62,990 nucleotides of DNA, filler included, from Octopus bimaculoides (GCF_001194135.2; 5 parts of 4 records of this genome joined end to end with filler, not necessarily neighbours in it); one strand, 5' to 3'; shown: positions 25,700 through 39,131, numbered from the whole stretch's first letter. Notes: a model not told the origin generated them from the sequence alone. A program made the numbers and translations.

Positions 25700-26290
25700 T
25701 CATACATAATGAGAGAACTCTAACTCAACCCTGGTGACGTCTTTGACAAATAGCCTATGATTGTCATGAAATTCTGTGGGGAAATACAAAACCGATTTGC
25801 CAATATCTTTGAGTATTTTTTATCCAACAGCATTTTATTGTCAATAGTCAATTTGGGAAGAGAGGGTGATTAGGGCAAGAATCGATTCCGGAAATTGGCC
25901 AGTACTATAATGACCTGCCCCGTACGAGTGAATCTTACAGCTAGCCGCAGCAAGATTAAAATTCGGAGCGTAAGCAACTGGAAAACTTTCTTCAAGTACC
26001 AACGCTCTGACCAACCTGACAATTCGCTGCGTTCTTAAATTATCAAAAATCGCAAGTGTAACGCTATTTTCCCCCATTATTAGTACTGCTCACTTTGAAA
26101 TACCGCACTGTCTATATGACATAATATCAGTCTCTTCACAAAGTGGTACAAAGCTCATTTTATTGTGGATGAGCATAACAGACTTACTTAATCGTAGTAC
26201 TTTACTAATATTTATTCTAGCCAATGAGAAAGTCGACATGGTCATTCGGCCTGTTGGAAAAAGCAGCCTTTTTTCTTTCAAAGCACATCC
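25700..26290 (-). mobile_element. Possible very decayed Helitron Pif1-type helicase fragment
   Basis: One reading frame with a single stop over about 145 codons. LLFPTGRMTMSTF resembles LLPGGRTAHSTF and a later YFPTEF resembles YPTEFLN, but the DEA/DFRQ motifs are not recognisable. Confidence 0.25.
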
Positions 26291-28984
26291 CTAAAAAGGC
26301 GAAAACATATTATGGTTTATGTAATTCGAGGTAAAATATCTACAAAGACAGGGTGGTCATGTCTAGAAAGACAATAAACATAGATTTATTCGACCAGACC
26401 AGACCAGACCTGGTGTTAAAAAACAATAATAATTAATACGTATCCGGAGCGATGTAAAGTCAACCGAATGAGATTTGAACCTAGAACTGCAAAACTATCG
26501 CTCATATGATTGTGGCCATTCACTGACATTGTATTGGCAGAATATTTCTGACAAGGGTTCACTCGACTACATTTTATGAGTTCTATATATCTTGAACTGA
26601 ATTAATAACACGAGGTAAGTAATAACTAGGAATTGACACCGGACGCTAGGCTTCAATCGCCCACAACACTCTTTACTCTCTGTCACACTATTGATTTCTT
26701 TAGACTATACACATGGTTTTGGGTTGTCAAAAATATGTACAATCGATTATTACTTATTTTATTGAGCATTTGAGGGATGAAAGACGAAGTCGATTCTATC
26801 AGGATTTGAACTTTGAACTCAATGAGACGAAGCCAAGTACTGTAATGCATATAGTCTCTCGTGTTCTATTATTTCGGTCAAACTCCCCCACTATTCTGAA
26901 CGGACACTATATTGAAAACAGATCAATGTATCGCTGTTTTGGTTTCGAAATACAACTCAATATCGTTTTATTGATTCTTCAGACCAAATGGTAACAATAA
27001 GTAAAGTATTGATTTATTACATCACGACAACGCCTTACATTTATTGAGGAAGTGTGGAAATTGGATTGTGTTTTATACATGGTTTTCTTTTCCTTTTTTT
27101 TCTGTCCAGGGTATTAGCGAGCAAATGAAGTATAATGTGTACAACTAGCAATCGTTATAGTCATTTTATTTCACTTAGAAACATAGATTTATAATAAGAG
27201 TGCAGGTGGTTGAATCGATGGAGTACAAGAAAACAAATACTAAACGTTTCAGTCTCTAAAACTCTTTCATGACAACCACACTTCTACAACATTGCCAACA
27301 CTTTATACCAGTTATCTGATTTCCAGTTCAGGATCACAAAATACTTCAGCCCTGATTTTGCAACCCATATTTCATTCCTGCTCAAATACTCGGGTCGGAG
27401 CAGCTGCTTCACACAGAAGCATTTTAAACATCATTCAAATCTTTGGACATCTGTCTGACGGCCGAAACTTCAATTACGAAAACAATAGAACCAGTTACCG
27501 ACAGACTCTGTTACATTACCCTGACATCTATACCGCTACTAAAACGGCTGATGCTCCTCCGAACTAGTAAGCTTCATGCCCTTACGTCTTCCTTACGTCA
27601 ATCCTCCAAACTACACACAAAACATCTCCGTTTTCCCTCCCAAGGACTGCGCCCTATCAAAATTCCCCACTTACCCATGATTACCAAAGCGCTGAAGTGC
27701 AAGATGGACATTGAAATTTGCTTGCATTGGATGGCCTACGAAACTCACACGTTCAAATCATATTTTTCCGAGGGGTTGGCGATGCGTATGCAATCAGTTT
27801 TAAGTTTAACAAGTCCATGAGAAAGTAAGAAAGTAACTTTGAACCGTTTCTTTATATATCTCTCTTGACTTTTCACATACAAATCGTACAAATTCGACCA
27901 AATATTGGTTATATATTAAGTACCACAATATCTGACATTATACAAACTACAATAAATAGTGCTATATCTACAGATTTTAGCCAACACGTTAACTATTGCA
28001 ATTTTTGTCTCTCGGCTATAGTCACCACACTTGGCAATTGTGTCGTTTTATTATATAACCACTTTGAGAAGACTTACGATGAAAAGTATTTCATATCTAT
28101 TTATAGACTGTCTATAGACAGTCATAGTGGTAGTTAGTGTGGTAACTATTGTCTGTAGACAGATATAGTGGTAGCTAATATCGTAACATATAGTACTTAA
28201 TGTGGCAGTGATAGTGTATAGACATAGTGTTAGTGTGGTAACTGATAAGCTATGAACAAGACTAGTGGTAGTTAATGTCAAATCTTCATTGTACTTACAT
28301 AATTCGGATAGCTTTGACTTTGACCATTATTGTCCAAGTTCATGTCTACCGTATTAGTATCACATCATACCCCACAAGTGTAGGGACGTTGTTGTTGGTT
28401 AAATGTATCCGGGTGTTGGTAGTATGACTGGTATTTCTTGGAGAAATTTTCCCAGGTGCTATGCAAATGCTATGAATTTTTTTCTTTTAGTTTTGTACTT
28501 TGGTTTCTTTCGCGGTAAATGTTGGATAAAGAATGAACAATTGAAAGTAGAAAAAAAAACTGGTGTTGCAATGTTGTTATCAGATGTGAGCATGGCTTTT
28601 TTTATAACAGGCATGTAGTACAGGAACCTACTTCGGACGATTTGTAAACTTCATTCCACCTTTGGACTTTGTTAATAGAAATATTTTCTATATGGTACAA
28701 ATGATATAACGGCGACGTTGGAGAGACTAGTATTTGAGAAAATTTCATTTGCCAAGATCTGTTGTGTCATTTATTTATTCACTGTAATTGACCTCTGATG
28801 CACTTCAATTCACATACTATCTTGTTTAGTATAGGAAGCACACGCCGGGTAAAAGTATTCAAGGTGAAACCGAAAAAATGTAGAGAAAAGAATGATGGCA
28901 TTAGGAACTCGAAGCTGGAACGTTTTAAACATCCAAAAGCACATATTGCAGTCTACATTGACCTCTCCAGATCAAGTTATTACC

Positions 28985-29050
28985 TACGGCGAGCTGGCAG
29001 ACCCGCTAGTGCACCAAGCAAAATGCTTAGCGGCATTTCATTCGACTTTG
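28985..29050 (+). mobile_element. SINE family A head fragment
   Basis: ggcgagctggcagacccgctagtgcaccaagcaaaatgcttagcggcatttc. Confidence 0.75.
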
Positions 29051-29059
29051 CAGCGGCAA

Positions 29060-29515
29060 TAAAACATGCGTAGAGTGGGAATTCTTGAAAGCCGCCGACT
29101 TGGCTAGGGAAGAAAGGATTAAACAAGGTTGTTAATGAGGATCTAGAGGCTGGACAAAATATGGGTACTGAAAGAAGGGACGTGTGAATCAGGAATGTCT
29201 GAGTGATTGTTAACATGAGACTACCTACCACTGAGGAGAAGCAGCCAATATAATGGCGATAAAACAATCGGGGAATAATGCTAGCAAGTCCCTGGGTCAG
29301 CGGTTGGAGGGGTTTTGCGAACAATCTCATGCCAATCAACAGTGTTGTATTCTATTGAACACAGTCTAGAATATCTAATAGTGAAGTAACAGCACCGCTC
29401 CAGACGTTGGGGCAGAAATTCATTGTGGATCTTAAATGATTTTTGTAAAGAAAAAGTTAGTAATCGGTGGTGACTAAACTATTTACACTGTTTCCAAAGA
29501 ACGGAATATATATCG

Positions 29516-29596
<81 letters not shown>

Positions 29597-29800
29597 CACA
29601 GACACACAGACACACAGACACACAGACAGGTACAAAGACAGATAAAGGCAGAGAGAGGGGGAAGGGAAGGGGGAAAGCGATTAGAAAGTTTAGTGAGGAT
29701 AGGAGCAAACTCTGGTACGCATTGTTTCTTGTACCGTTTTAAATTATTCCCTGTATCTAAACATACGAAATTATTATCTGTGCCCTCCAAACTGATACTT
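29060..29800 (-). mobile_element. Decayed CR1/L2-group LINE RT fragment, split by (GATA)n
   Basis: Minus strand gives LKRYKKQCVPEFAPILTKLSNR (cf. LK.CAPELAP.L..LFN) and, after the microsatellite, FCPNVWSGAV (cf. P..WK.A.V). Confidence 0.45.
29516..29640. repeat. (GATA)n followed by (GACA)/(CA) compound microsatellite
   Basis: Direct reading. Confidence 0.95.
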
Positions 29801-29929
29801 ATTTTATAAAAAAAGACATATGCTCAACCACAGTGTGAGTAAAGACGGAAGTGTACGCTGCTTTATTATATATATATATATTACATGTCATCTAGATCTT
29901 CATTGCTGTACTAAACCTGATATTTAAAC

Positions 29930-30480
29930 CACCAAACATACAGACTAACATTCACAGATACTCTAAACACACTAACCCTTCAAACATTCTGGATCTCTCC
30001 ACCGCAGCCCCAAAGAAGTCAAATCTTACATAGCAGTCACTGTGTCATCACTCTCCAGTTAGTTGGATGACACCTCAACGTTTTCTACTGTATCACAAAC
30101 TTTGACCTCCAAACATTGTACTTTAAGCCACCTAACTAGTCGGAGCGTCACAGGTTCTCTGCTACCTACACCTGACATAAAATGTGCTTCACCTTGCCCA
30201 CTTAAACTGCTGACTAAAAACAATACTTCCTGGTATGCTGTTCCACATTCTTCACAAGATCTAAACTCACAACCCACAAACCCTGGAGCATTGTTCTTTG
30301 TCAATCTCTGACGAATTAATTCTAAATCGAATAGCAAACGCTGTAGCAATGATGTAAGTTTACTACATATCTTATCCGCGACCCAATTTCGATTCACAGC
30401 TTCTAGTAATGTCAATTTGCTCCAGACAGTAATATAGGTGAAAACATGTTTAGTGATTAGCCCATTAAACAACTAAATTA
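29930..30480 (+). mobile_element. Possible decayed CR1/L2-group LINE fragment
   Basis: C-rich, coding-like segment. NILDLSTAAP and VPHS..P..P..CS resemble the endonuclease end and linker of CR1-like ORF2. Domain assignment is uncertain. Confidence 0.3.
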
Positions 30481-31214
30481 TATTCATATATGCAGAAGGA
30501 AAGAAACAAGTAATATTAAGTAATAAATATTTCTTGTTCATGGACAATTACCTAACTGTCTAATGAATATGCGGATGGTGTCCATGACAAATTTAATCTG
30601 TGAGCAATTTATTTTGCTTTAGTCTGAATTGTGAACATTGAAAGTGAGAACGAGGAGGCATCGAACTTTGGTGACTTTTGAATTTATTAAAAAAAAAAAG
30701 TCTGATTTTTTTTTATCCTTCCGACTAACTTCACAATTATTAACCGAAATATAAAGAAGCTATTAGTAGCGCGCAAAAGAAATTCAAAAGGGATTGTCTG
30801 GTAGCGATTGTAATACTATTTCTGCTTGGTTCTATTCTATAACATATCTGATAATCGAGCCTTTCCGTTGAAATTCAACGGTAAAATTCACTGTATCCCA
30901 CTTCCGTCTCCACCTTTTCTGAACTCAGTGTCACATAATACAGAAAACTAAAGATCAACTGCACACAGATGCTGCTGTTGTAGAACTAAACTCCAAGCAT
31001 TCTATATTCCTTACTAAAGTTAAATTTTGTCAGGATCTCATCAAAATATTCATGATGCACAGTCGTCTTGCTGGCGTTATGCTGAGAGAAAAGTACAAGG
31101 AAGGGAATTAAATGACATCACTTTGAAATTTCGAATCAACAGTATGTCTCTGATATGGCTTCTTGAGAGCTTACCACAGATCTAGAAATGTTTTGCAATG
31201 CAATATTATAGGCG

Positions 31215-31580
31215 AAGGCGCGACTGTGAGGTAAGGAGCTTGCTTCCCAATCACATGGGTCCAGATTCAGTTCCATTGTGTGGTACATTGGGCAAGTGCC
31301 GACCAAATCATTGTGAGTGAATTTGGTAAATGGAAAATGAAAGAAGCCCGTCGCATGTGTGTGTGTGTGTGTGTGTACGCGCGTGTATCGTGTGTGTGTC
31401 TTTGTACCAATGTTCTCCACCCTCCTCCACATCGTATGACAACCTGTGCTGATGTGTTTACGTCCTCATAACTTAGCGGTTCAGCATAAGGGACCGATAG
31501 AATAAGTACCAGGCTTAAAAAATAAATACTGGGGTCGATGCATTCGACTAAGACTTCTAATGACTGAAACAAATAAAGGA
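31215..31580 (+). mobile_element. SINE family B, near full length with internal (TG)n
   Basis: Head gtgaggtaaggagcttgcttcccaatcacatgggtccag, ttgggcaagt, internal TG run, 3' half with aataagtaccagg...actggggtcgat and gactgaaacaaataaa. Confidence 0.85.
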
Positions 31581-32289
31581 GAAGAAAATTCTAGAACGTA
31601 GCGCTCATTCACGAGCTGGGGAAATGCTTTTCAATGCAACACTATTGTGCAGGATATGCATCGATACATATTGAAAATTTGTCCAAGTAATTTCTGCTAA
31701 ATTTAATTCAAACGAAACAGTGGTGCTTGTGCTNNNNNNNNNNNNNNNNNNNNNNNNNNNNNNNNNNNNNNNNNNNNNNNNNNNNNNNNNNNNNNNNNNN
31801 NNNNNNNNNNNNNNNNNNNNNNNNNNNNNNNNNNNNNNNNNNNNNNNNNNNNNNNNNNNNNNNNNNNNNNNNNNNNNNNNNNNNNNNNNNNNNNNNNNNN
31901 NNNNNNNNNNNNNNNNNNNNNNNNNNNNNNNNNNNNNNNNNNNNNNNNNNNNNNNNNNNNNNNNNNNNNNNNNNNNNNNNNNNNNNNNNNNNNNNNNNNN
32001 NNNNNNNNNNNNNNNNNNNNNNNNNNNNNNNNNNNNNNNNNNNNNNNNNNNNNNNNNNNNNNNNNNNNNNNNNNNNNNNNNNNNNNNNNNNNNNNNNNNN
32101 NNNNNNNNNAGAGAGAGGGGGAGAGAGGGGGGAAAGAGAGTGAGGTAGAGAAACGTGTTTCCTGGAGGGAACGTGGTAGTAGTGAGAAGTGGGGAAAAGC
32201 GAATTTTTTTTTAAAATTAACAATCACTCAATGCATTCCCCTTGGTGCAATTAGTTGTCTGCTTATTTCTTTATTATTATCATTATTAT

Positions 32290-32400
32290 TCTGCTTTCAG
32301 AAAGTGGTCAGCCAGAACAATCGTTAGCACACCGGGAAATATGCTTGGCGGCATTTCGTCTTTGCATTCCGAGTTCAATTTCTGCTAAGTAATAGTTGAA
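32290..32400 (+). mobile_element. SINE family A head fragment
   Basis: aatcgttagcacaccgggaaatatgcttggcggcatttcgtctttgcattccgagttcaatt. Confidence 0.7.
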
Positions 32401-32614
32401 CGCTGGGATCGATGTAATCAATATACTCACTTTCCTAAAATTGCTGGCTTTGTGCCAAAATTTGAAACCATTATTATTATGTTTCCGTTTATGTCTGAAA
32501 CTCACCAACTACAGAAAGAAATCGAAGACAATCTATTAGAGACATGACATATATATTATTTATATTTACTCATAAAGAAATTTCACTGATACTGTTTTAT
32601 TTATGTAATCTTTT

Positions 32615-32965
32615 ACTGGTCATTGCATTGCAGCCATACTGGGGCATTGCTTTCAATGGTTTAGTCGAGTTTATCGACCCAAGTACTCATTTTAAAGTTT
32701 GGTTCCTATCTAATCATTGTGCATTTGCCAAATCACTGTCTTTATGAGCAGCATAAAAATAAACACATACATACATACATATATACATACATACATACAT
32801 ACATATAGCGGGCTTCCATGCAGTTTGTGCCTACTAAATTTCACGCAAGGTATTAACCAGCTTGTGGTTATAATAAGAGACACTTGAGCATATGGTAACA
32901 CATTGGGATCGAACCCAGAAAGATATGGTTACGAAGTGAACTTTTTATCATAAAGTTATGCCGGT
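32615..32965 (-). mobile_element. SINE family B, decayed full length with internal (CATA)n-like repeat
   Basis: 3' half at 32615-32710, microsatellite 32765-32805, head and CORE-like part 32810-32965. Confidence 0.7.
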
Positions 32966-33464
32966 GGCTAAATTACAGATTTTATTTATTTATTATATTC
33001 CTCGGGTCATTGGCGCAGTGACTATACGGTGCTCAATGGGATCGTGGGTTTAAGTCCAACCAGATAAACATTTTTCGGACAAGAAAATAAGGATAGAACA
33101 CAAGGTCTTAAGAATAGCTTACACTTTACCAGTGTAGCAATACAATAGCAGATTATTGTCATAGATAGATTATGTCTTCAATAATTAAGATGGTTTACTT
33201 GTCGACGTAAGGTGAAAAAAAAAAAGATAATAGCTTTCAAGGACAAAGAAGTGATAAGTGTATAATAAATAATATAGCTTTCAAAGATGTTCTTTTGTAA
33301 GACTGCACCTTCAATACTTCACATATGAGATTTTACACTGTCTCAAAAATCAAAAGTTGCAGGAAAAATACAATTTCAAAAGAGATTATACATTTCATGG
33401 TTTTTATAGAGTTACAGTTTTCAAAATACTCGTGCATTTTCCACTAACACTGCGAGTTTCTAAT

Positions 33465-33750
33465 ACTGGTTTCAAATTTTGGCCTAAGGCCAGCACTTCG
33501 AGGAAGGGGTAAGTTGACTTCATGGACCCCACTGCTCAACTGGTACTTATTTTATCGACCCCGAAATGCAAAATCGACCTCGGTGACTAGTTTCTAAATT
33601 TGGTACAAAGATACACAATTTGGGATAAGGCGATAGTCAATTATATATAACAACTTAAGTAAAAAAAAAATTGACCTCATTTGATCCCCCTTCCCTCCCT
33701 GATGTATGAAAGGCAAAGTCGACTTTAGTGGGACTTGAAATCATGACGTA
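33465..33750 (-). mobile_element. Two adjacent SINE family A 3' fragments
   Basis: Both start with tail ggtttcaaattttggcctaaggcc / gtttctaaatttggtacaaag and contain central-domain remnants (ggtacttattttatcgaccccgaaa; atgaaaggcaaagtcgac). Confidence 0.7.
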
Positions 33751-33989
33751 AAATTAATTGAATGGAGGAATGCATCTTATTCCATATTTTATCGATTCTG
33801 CTAATCCACCACCGTATATAATGTGGAACGCTTCACGAATGTTAAAGTCAATGATGAGCAAAAACCAATCTAATCTTCTCTGAATGGTTGCAATTTTATT
33901 ATATTTACCGCCGAAATAGACAATAATGTGACTCATGACGCTGCATTATAGAAATAGTCTTAGTAAAGCTGTTTTATTAGATTGTTTGG

Positions 33990-34130
33990 TGACGTTGGGC
34001 CGGTTGGTCGGTGGATCGGTGGGTCAGTGAGTCGATCGGTCGGCTGGCGGTTTGTTGGCTGGTTGGCTGGTTGGTTGGTTGGATGGTTAGTTGGTTGGTT
34101 GACAGAATGAATGGATGGATGATTGGATGT
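33990..34130. repeat. Degenerate (TTGG/TCGG/ATGG)n tetranucleotide repeat
   Basis: Direct reading. Confidence 0.85.
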
Positions 34131-34729
34131 ATTAAAGGATTCGTCAAAAAAAAATTTAAGAAAAAAAACTGAGTGAAAATGAAAAAAAATGAATGAAAAC
34201 AATAAATAAAAGTAAAAGTAATCAAATGCAAAAATATTAAAAAAAAAAACTAAATGCATGTTGGTTTTGGTTGTCATGCTTGTCTGTCTCGAGGCTATTG
34301 AGGGAGCAGGTCACAGGTCAAAGGTTAGTCTTATGGGAAGGACAAAGAAACAAAAAAAAAGATCGATCACTTGTGTCTACCAACCATGCAATCTCAACAT
34401 TTATTGACACCAACACAGAAAAAGAAAAATGGCTTTTGTGTGCATCGCATTTGTTCGAAAGAAGTGTTTCTCCTCTCTTTTCTTTCCTCAAACTATTTTT
34501 CAACAACAAAATATCTATCTGCCAACACTACCAACACTATGACATTTATTTATTTACTAACTTATGTATTTATTCATTTTATTTTATCCATTCTTTGTAT
34601 TTGTTTTATATTATTTATATTTATGTATTTGTGCGAATGTACACGCGTTTATGTGTGTATGTTTCTGTACACGTTTCAGAGAAAGAGGCGGGGCATTAAT
34701 ATTGTTCCTTCTGAAAAACTTGTTGTTGA

Positions 34730-34980
34730 TTAGCCTTAGGTCAGCTCTGATCGAACGGACCTATGATCAAAGGCGTTCCAGCTGTGGCCATTCCGTCTTT
34801 TATTCAGGCATAATGTATGTAGGACAACATTATCAAAGGCATTATCCCATTCTTTTTTTTGTATTGTTGTGTTTCATGACAAGCGGATTTCTGTTTTTTT
34901 TTTTTTTTTTTTTTTTTTTTAGGGAGATTTTGCTTGTTATTTCTTGGTAGCAGGTCGAGCAAATCATGTAAATGCTCCCT
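34730..34980 (+). mobile_element. Family C interspersed repeat (best copy in window)
   Basis: ggtcagctctgatcgaacggacctatgatcaaaggcgttccagctgtggccattccgtcttt ... gagattttgcttgttatttcttggtagcaggtcgagc. Similar pieces occur at 6165, 8690, 24790 and 42110. Confidence 0.55.
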
Positions 34981-35334
34981 TTGTACCATCAGCCTTAACG
35001 TCACATTTTTCGGTGTTCATGTTTTGTATTATGGTAATAGTAAGTAAAAAGTGAGATTCATATAGCAGAGATTCTAGAGAACAGAACTAAACGGTGAACA
35101 ATATTTTGTTATGCATGTTTCCCTTCTGATTTCAATTCCCACTACTCAGCAATTTCAGGTTAAATACAATTCAAATTAACCCATGTAACTTTGAGTTCAG
35201 ATTACAGAGAAATGAGAAAATCAATTTCAAACCCTCCCGAAGTGATGGCTTGAAATTATCTCATGTTGTCCCTTAAGATTTCAGATTAAATCCAAACATG
35301 TTTATCAAGATAATGTTAATCCTAGATAATGCTA

Positions 35335-36050
35335 ATCCTATAGACACAAAATCTGAAATTTTGGGTACGAGGGATCGTCGATTACATTGACTCTAGTGTT
35401 CAAATGGAGCTTACTCGTATTTTATTGACACCGAAAGGATGAAGAGCAAAGTCGACCTCGGTAAAATATGAACTTAAAGCGTAAAGCCGAAAGAAATATC
35501 TCCATTTATGTTGTCCGGTGTGCAAACGATTCCACCTGTTCCCCGCCTTATTTAGATTATGCATCATAATTGTAGGCAAAAACCTAAAAGTTTATTTGGA
35601 GGGATTAGTCGATTATATCTACCCTAGTGCTTGACTGGTATTTCACTTTATCAACCTCGGAAGTTTGAAAAGCAAAGTTGACCTTCGCAGGGTTTGAACT
35701 CAGAAGGTAGAAACCCGGAACAAATACCGTAAGGCATTTTTCTGACGCTTTAAAGGTTCTTCTTTGATTTTCAACAAAAGCACAAAACCAGAAATGTTTG
35801 TGGTAGGAAACATCATATCAAACTACAATAGTTATTTCAGCTCGCCGCATTAATGTGAATACTACTTATTATTATTGATTAAGGCACTAGACCGGTAATT
35901 TTGAGAGGCGGGGATCAGTCATCATCATCAACCCCAACACTTGACTGCTACTTTATTTCATCCACCTCGAAAGGATAAAAGACAATGTTGACTTAGGTTA
36001 GGATTTGAAACCAGATTATCAAGAATAGGAAGAAATATCTCATGTCATTT
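35335..36050 (-). mobile_element. Cluster of three decayed SINE family A copies, same orientation
   Basis: Three successive tail/central-domain/B-box units at about 35340-35550, 35570-35855 and 35880-36050. Confidence 0.75.
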
Positions 36051-36155
36051 TCTCCCAGGCTAATAATTCTGCCAGAATACATAACAACAAAAACTTTCTT
36101 TATTAACATAAATCCTCATACACACACACACACACGCACACCACACACACACATG

Positions 36156-36203
<48 letters not shown>

Positions 36204-37361
36204 TATACATACATATACCCACACATACTGCACATACATACATCACACGGCACACACCGCACATACATACATCACACCAGATCTTCTTCCAACTATTATC
36301 CTCTCCTTCTATCATGTCTTTTTCTTATTTCACAATTTACGTATCTCTCAATGATGCAGTTGAACTATTTTGGAGTTAAAGTGGCCAAGGAAACCTTTAT
36401 ATTCTGGTGATGATTTACGTAAAGCTGTTCGGAAACTTGTTCGGATGTTTTTATTAATATTTTCTCTTTCGTACAATCCACATAACTGGACCCAATTTCC
36501 TTGCTAAACTGTATCGAATTTGTCCTTAAATAGCCGTATATATCCGTTATGTCTTTCACAAGTCCTACGTTTTTTTATTTTGTTATTTTTTTCTTTTTGT
36601 ATGATGAGCTCTGAACTTCAATGTGACATCTTTGCTCACTTCATCTTGGGTGGGAATGGATGTGATTCCTTATATTTTCATTTTAGTTTCTTTCTTGCCC
36701 TCCCCGTTGTCTCCTACAGCTTGACTCTCTTGCTTACATTTCATCTCTTCATTGCTGCAAGACGATGGATGAAGCAGCATTCCTACTTTTGGAAGCTGTA
36801 TTTAGAATCGCCGGTGTTTGAAATCGAAAATGACACAATCTCTTTCAAAGTTTGCCAAGCTGTGCCTGAAGATAAGCTGCCTTTGATGTTATTCTCTCTC
36901 TCTCTCTCTCTCTCTCCCTCCCTCTTTCCCTCTCTCTGTCTCTCCCTCCAGATTTCCAGTTCTTCAGTTCTTTCTAACTGGAAATCATTCTACTGCAACA
37001 CGTGTAGCACATGTGATTTCTACACTGAACAATTAAGCCTAAAGCTCTCCCTTCAAAGTACAATTTTTTGATTGTCCTATGGTATTCTGAATAGTGAAGA
37101 CTAATATGAACATTAAGGCATACTCCTAAAAGTCGACGCCTTTTTTATATACAAATTATATATAATACCAAACCATTATGCTGTGTGAATAAGTTCCTTG
37201 TGACACATTGCCAGTACGAAGATTCTTATCTCATGAGGATAACACTTTTAACGTAGCCAGTTCATGCTGCGTAGTACGTAATGGTTAACACGAGCATACT
37301 TTTTTACAGCGAGTACGAAATTCTATTCCTAGAGGCGACCCTATAATATTTATCCATTTCT

Positions 37362-37396
<35 letters not shown>

Positions 37397-37747
37397 NNNN
37401 NNNNNNNNNNNNNNNNNNNNNNNNNNNNNNNNNNNNNNNNNNNNNNNNNNNNNNNNNNNNNNNNNNNNNNNNNNNNNNNNNNNNNNNNNNNNNNNNNNNN
37501 NNNNNNNNNNNNNNNNNNNNNNNNNNNNNNNNNNNNNNNNNNNNNNNNNNNNNNNNNNNNNNNNNNNNNNNNNNNNNNNNNNNNNNNNNNNNNNNNNNNN
37601 NNNNNNNNNNNNNNNNNNNNNNNNNNNNNNNNNNNNNNNNNNNNNNNNNNNNNNNNNNNNNNNNNNNNNNNNNNNNNNNNNNNNNNNNNNNNNNNNNNNN
37701 NNNNNNNNNNNNNNNNNNNNNNNNNNNNNNNNNNNNNNNNNNNATAT

Positions 37748-37960
37748 ATAGGCGCAGGAGTGGCTGTCTGGTAAGTAGCTTGCTTACCAACCACATGGTT
37801 CTGGGTTCAATCCCACTGCGTGGCACCTTGGGCAAGTGTCTTCTACTGTAGCTTCGGACCGATAAAAGCCTTGTGAGTGGATTTGGTAGACGGAAACTGA
37901 AAGAAGCCTGTCGCATATATGTATATATATATGGCCGCAGTCAAATGACAAAAAGAAAAA
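37748..37960 (+). mobile_element. SINE family B with head and CORE-like part joined via (TA)n to the terminal tail
   Basis: ggcgcaggagtggctgtctggtaagtagcttgcttaccaaccacatggttctgggttcaatcccactgcgtggcaccttgggcaagt...gaaagaagcc, then (TA)n, then atggccgcagtcaaatgac. The middle 3' half is missing. Confidence 0.88.
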
Positions 37961-37974
37961 AAGGGAGTAAAAGA

Positions 37975-38010
<36 letters not shown>

Positions 38011-38025
38011 TTATTTCAAGGATAA

Positions 38026-38056
<31 letters not shown>

Positions 38057-38434
38057 TCAGTGGCGAGCATTCATTATAACCGTAAAGGTAAAAATTAATA
38101 TAAGTCTATAATTATATATAAATATATAACTATAATGAAGAGTACTGGGAAAAGTACATATATGTGAATATATTGACATATATATACTTATTTGCGGTAA
38201 ATCTCACTAAACCTTTATTGCAGGGCCTGAAATCTATCGATATGGGATCATCTGTTTATTACTTGTGATTTTTATTCACAAAAGGCACGCTAGTCTTCTG
38301 GTTTTACTCATTTCCTCGCTTCCACAAGTGCATATGAGTGACGTAGGTAGTTTAGGGTCGTTTTGCTTTCTATTTCTAGCATGCTGGTACTTTTCTCAGT
38401 ATTCTTCATTATAATTATATATATATATATATAT

Positions 38435-38642
38435 ACACGAGGGGTGCAGAAAAATCAATGGTGTTGAGTAAAAGAAAATACACGAGGATCAGTTAGTTAT
38501 GATTTTCTTGAACATATTCCCCTCTCAGATTTGGACAGTTATTGCAACGGTACTTCTAAGCTCTGTAAAGGACCTCAGAAGCTTGGGCCTCCAACCAGGC
38601 CTTTGCGAATTTCCTTTAAGCCAAGAAATTTTCAGTACCAAT
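38435..38642 (-). mobile_element. Mariner-derived MITE
   Basis: The left end cacgaggggtgcagaaaaa and right end aagaaattttcagtacc are imperfect inverted termini of mariner style, flanked by (TA)n. The minus strand keeps KYRCNNCPNLRGEYVQ, resembling the mariner transposase C-terminus RW.KC..L.G.YVE. Confidence 0.75.
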
Positions 38643-38837
38643 CCATATATATATATATATATATATATAATTCAAAGAGAGTTAGGGTTGTGAATCCAAC
38701 CAACTAAGGGATAGTATCTATCCAATATACAGCTGGTAGAATGCCTAATTAATACACAAGTATTGGTTATTGCGTGGCAATTACACTATTGAGTATAATA
38801 ATTAGGCTAAGGTAATAAGTGGTTTTACCCTTAATTT

Positions 38838-39093
38838 ATATGGCGAGAAGAAAATGGAGGTAATCCAGAGGTAATATTCATCAGCTGTTAAACATTATAT
38901 TATATCTATTTATTTTAAACACTTCAGATAATATTTAAATACATGTGTAAAGTACGAGTAATTTCTAGAAATTACTTGTACTTTACACATGTATTTACAC
39001 ATTATCTGAAGTCTTTAAAATAAATAAATAGACATAATATAATGTTTAAGAGCTGATGGATACTACCTCTGAATTCCCTCCATTTTCTTCTTG

Positions 39094-39099
<6 letters not shown>
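38838..39099. repeat. About 260-bp near-perfect palindrome with no loop
   Basis: Centre tttctagaaa at 38966/38967; arms of about 130 bp, e.g. atggcgagaagaaaatggagg versus cctccattttcttcttgctat. Confidence 0.9.

Positions 39100-39131
<32 letters not shown>

Noticed and set aside
26221-26345. Plus-strand piggyBac-like reading (KHIPKKAK..GLCNS)
   Set aside because: Only a few residues match, no DDD context is present, and it competes with an equally weak minus-strand helicase reading.
26713-26994. 93-aa ORF with a superficial APE-like segment (RFYQDL)
   Set aside because: The resemblance overlaps a decayed antisense SINE B-box remnant (gatttgaact), and no catalytic APE motifs are present.
28130-28280. 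Apparent longer-period repeat
   Set aside because: A degenerate (TAGTGG)-type low-complexity tract with no stable unit.
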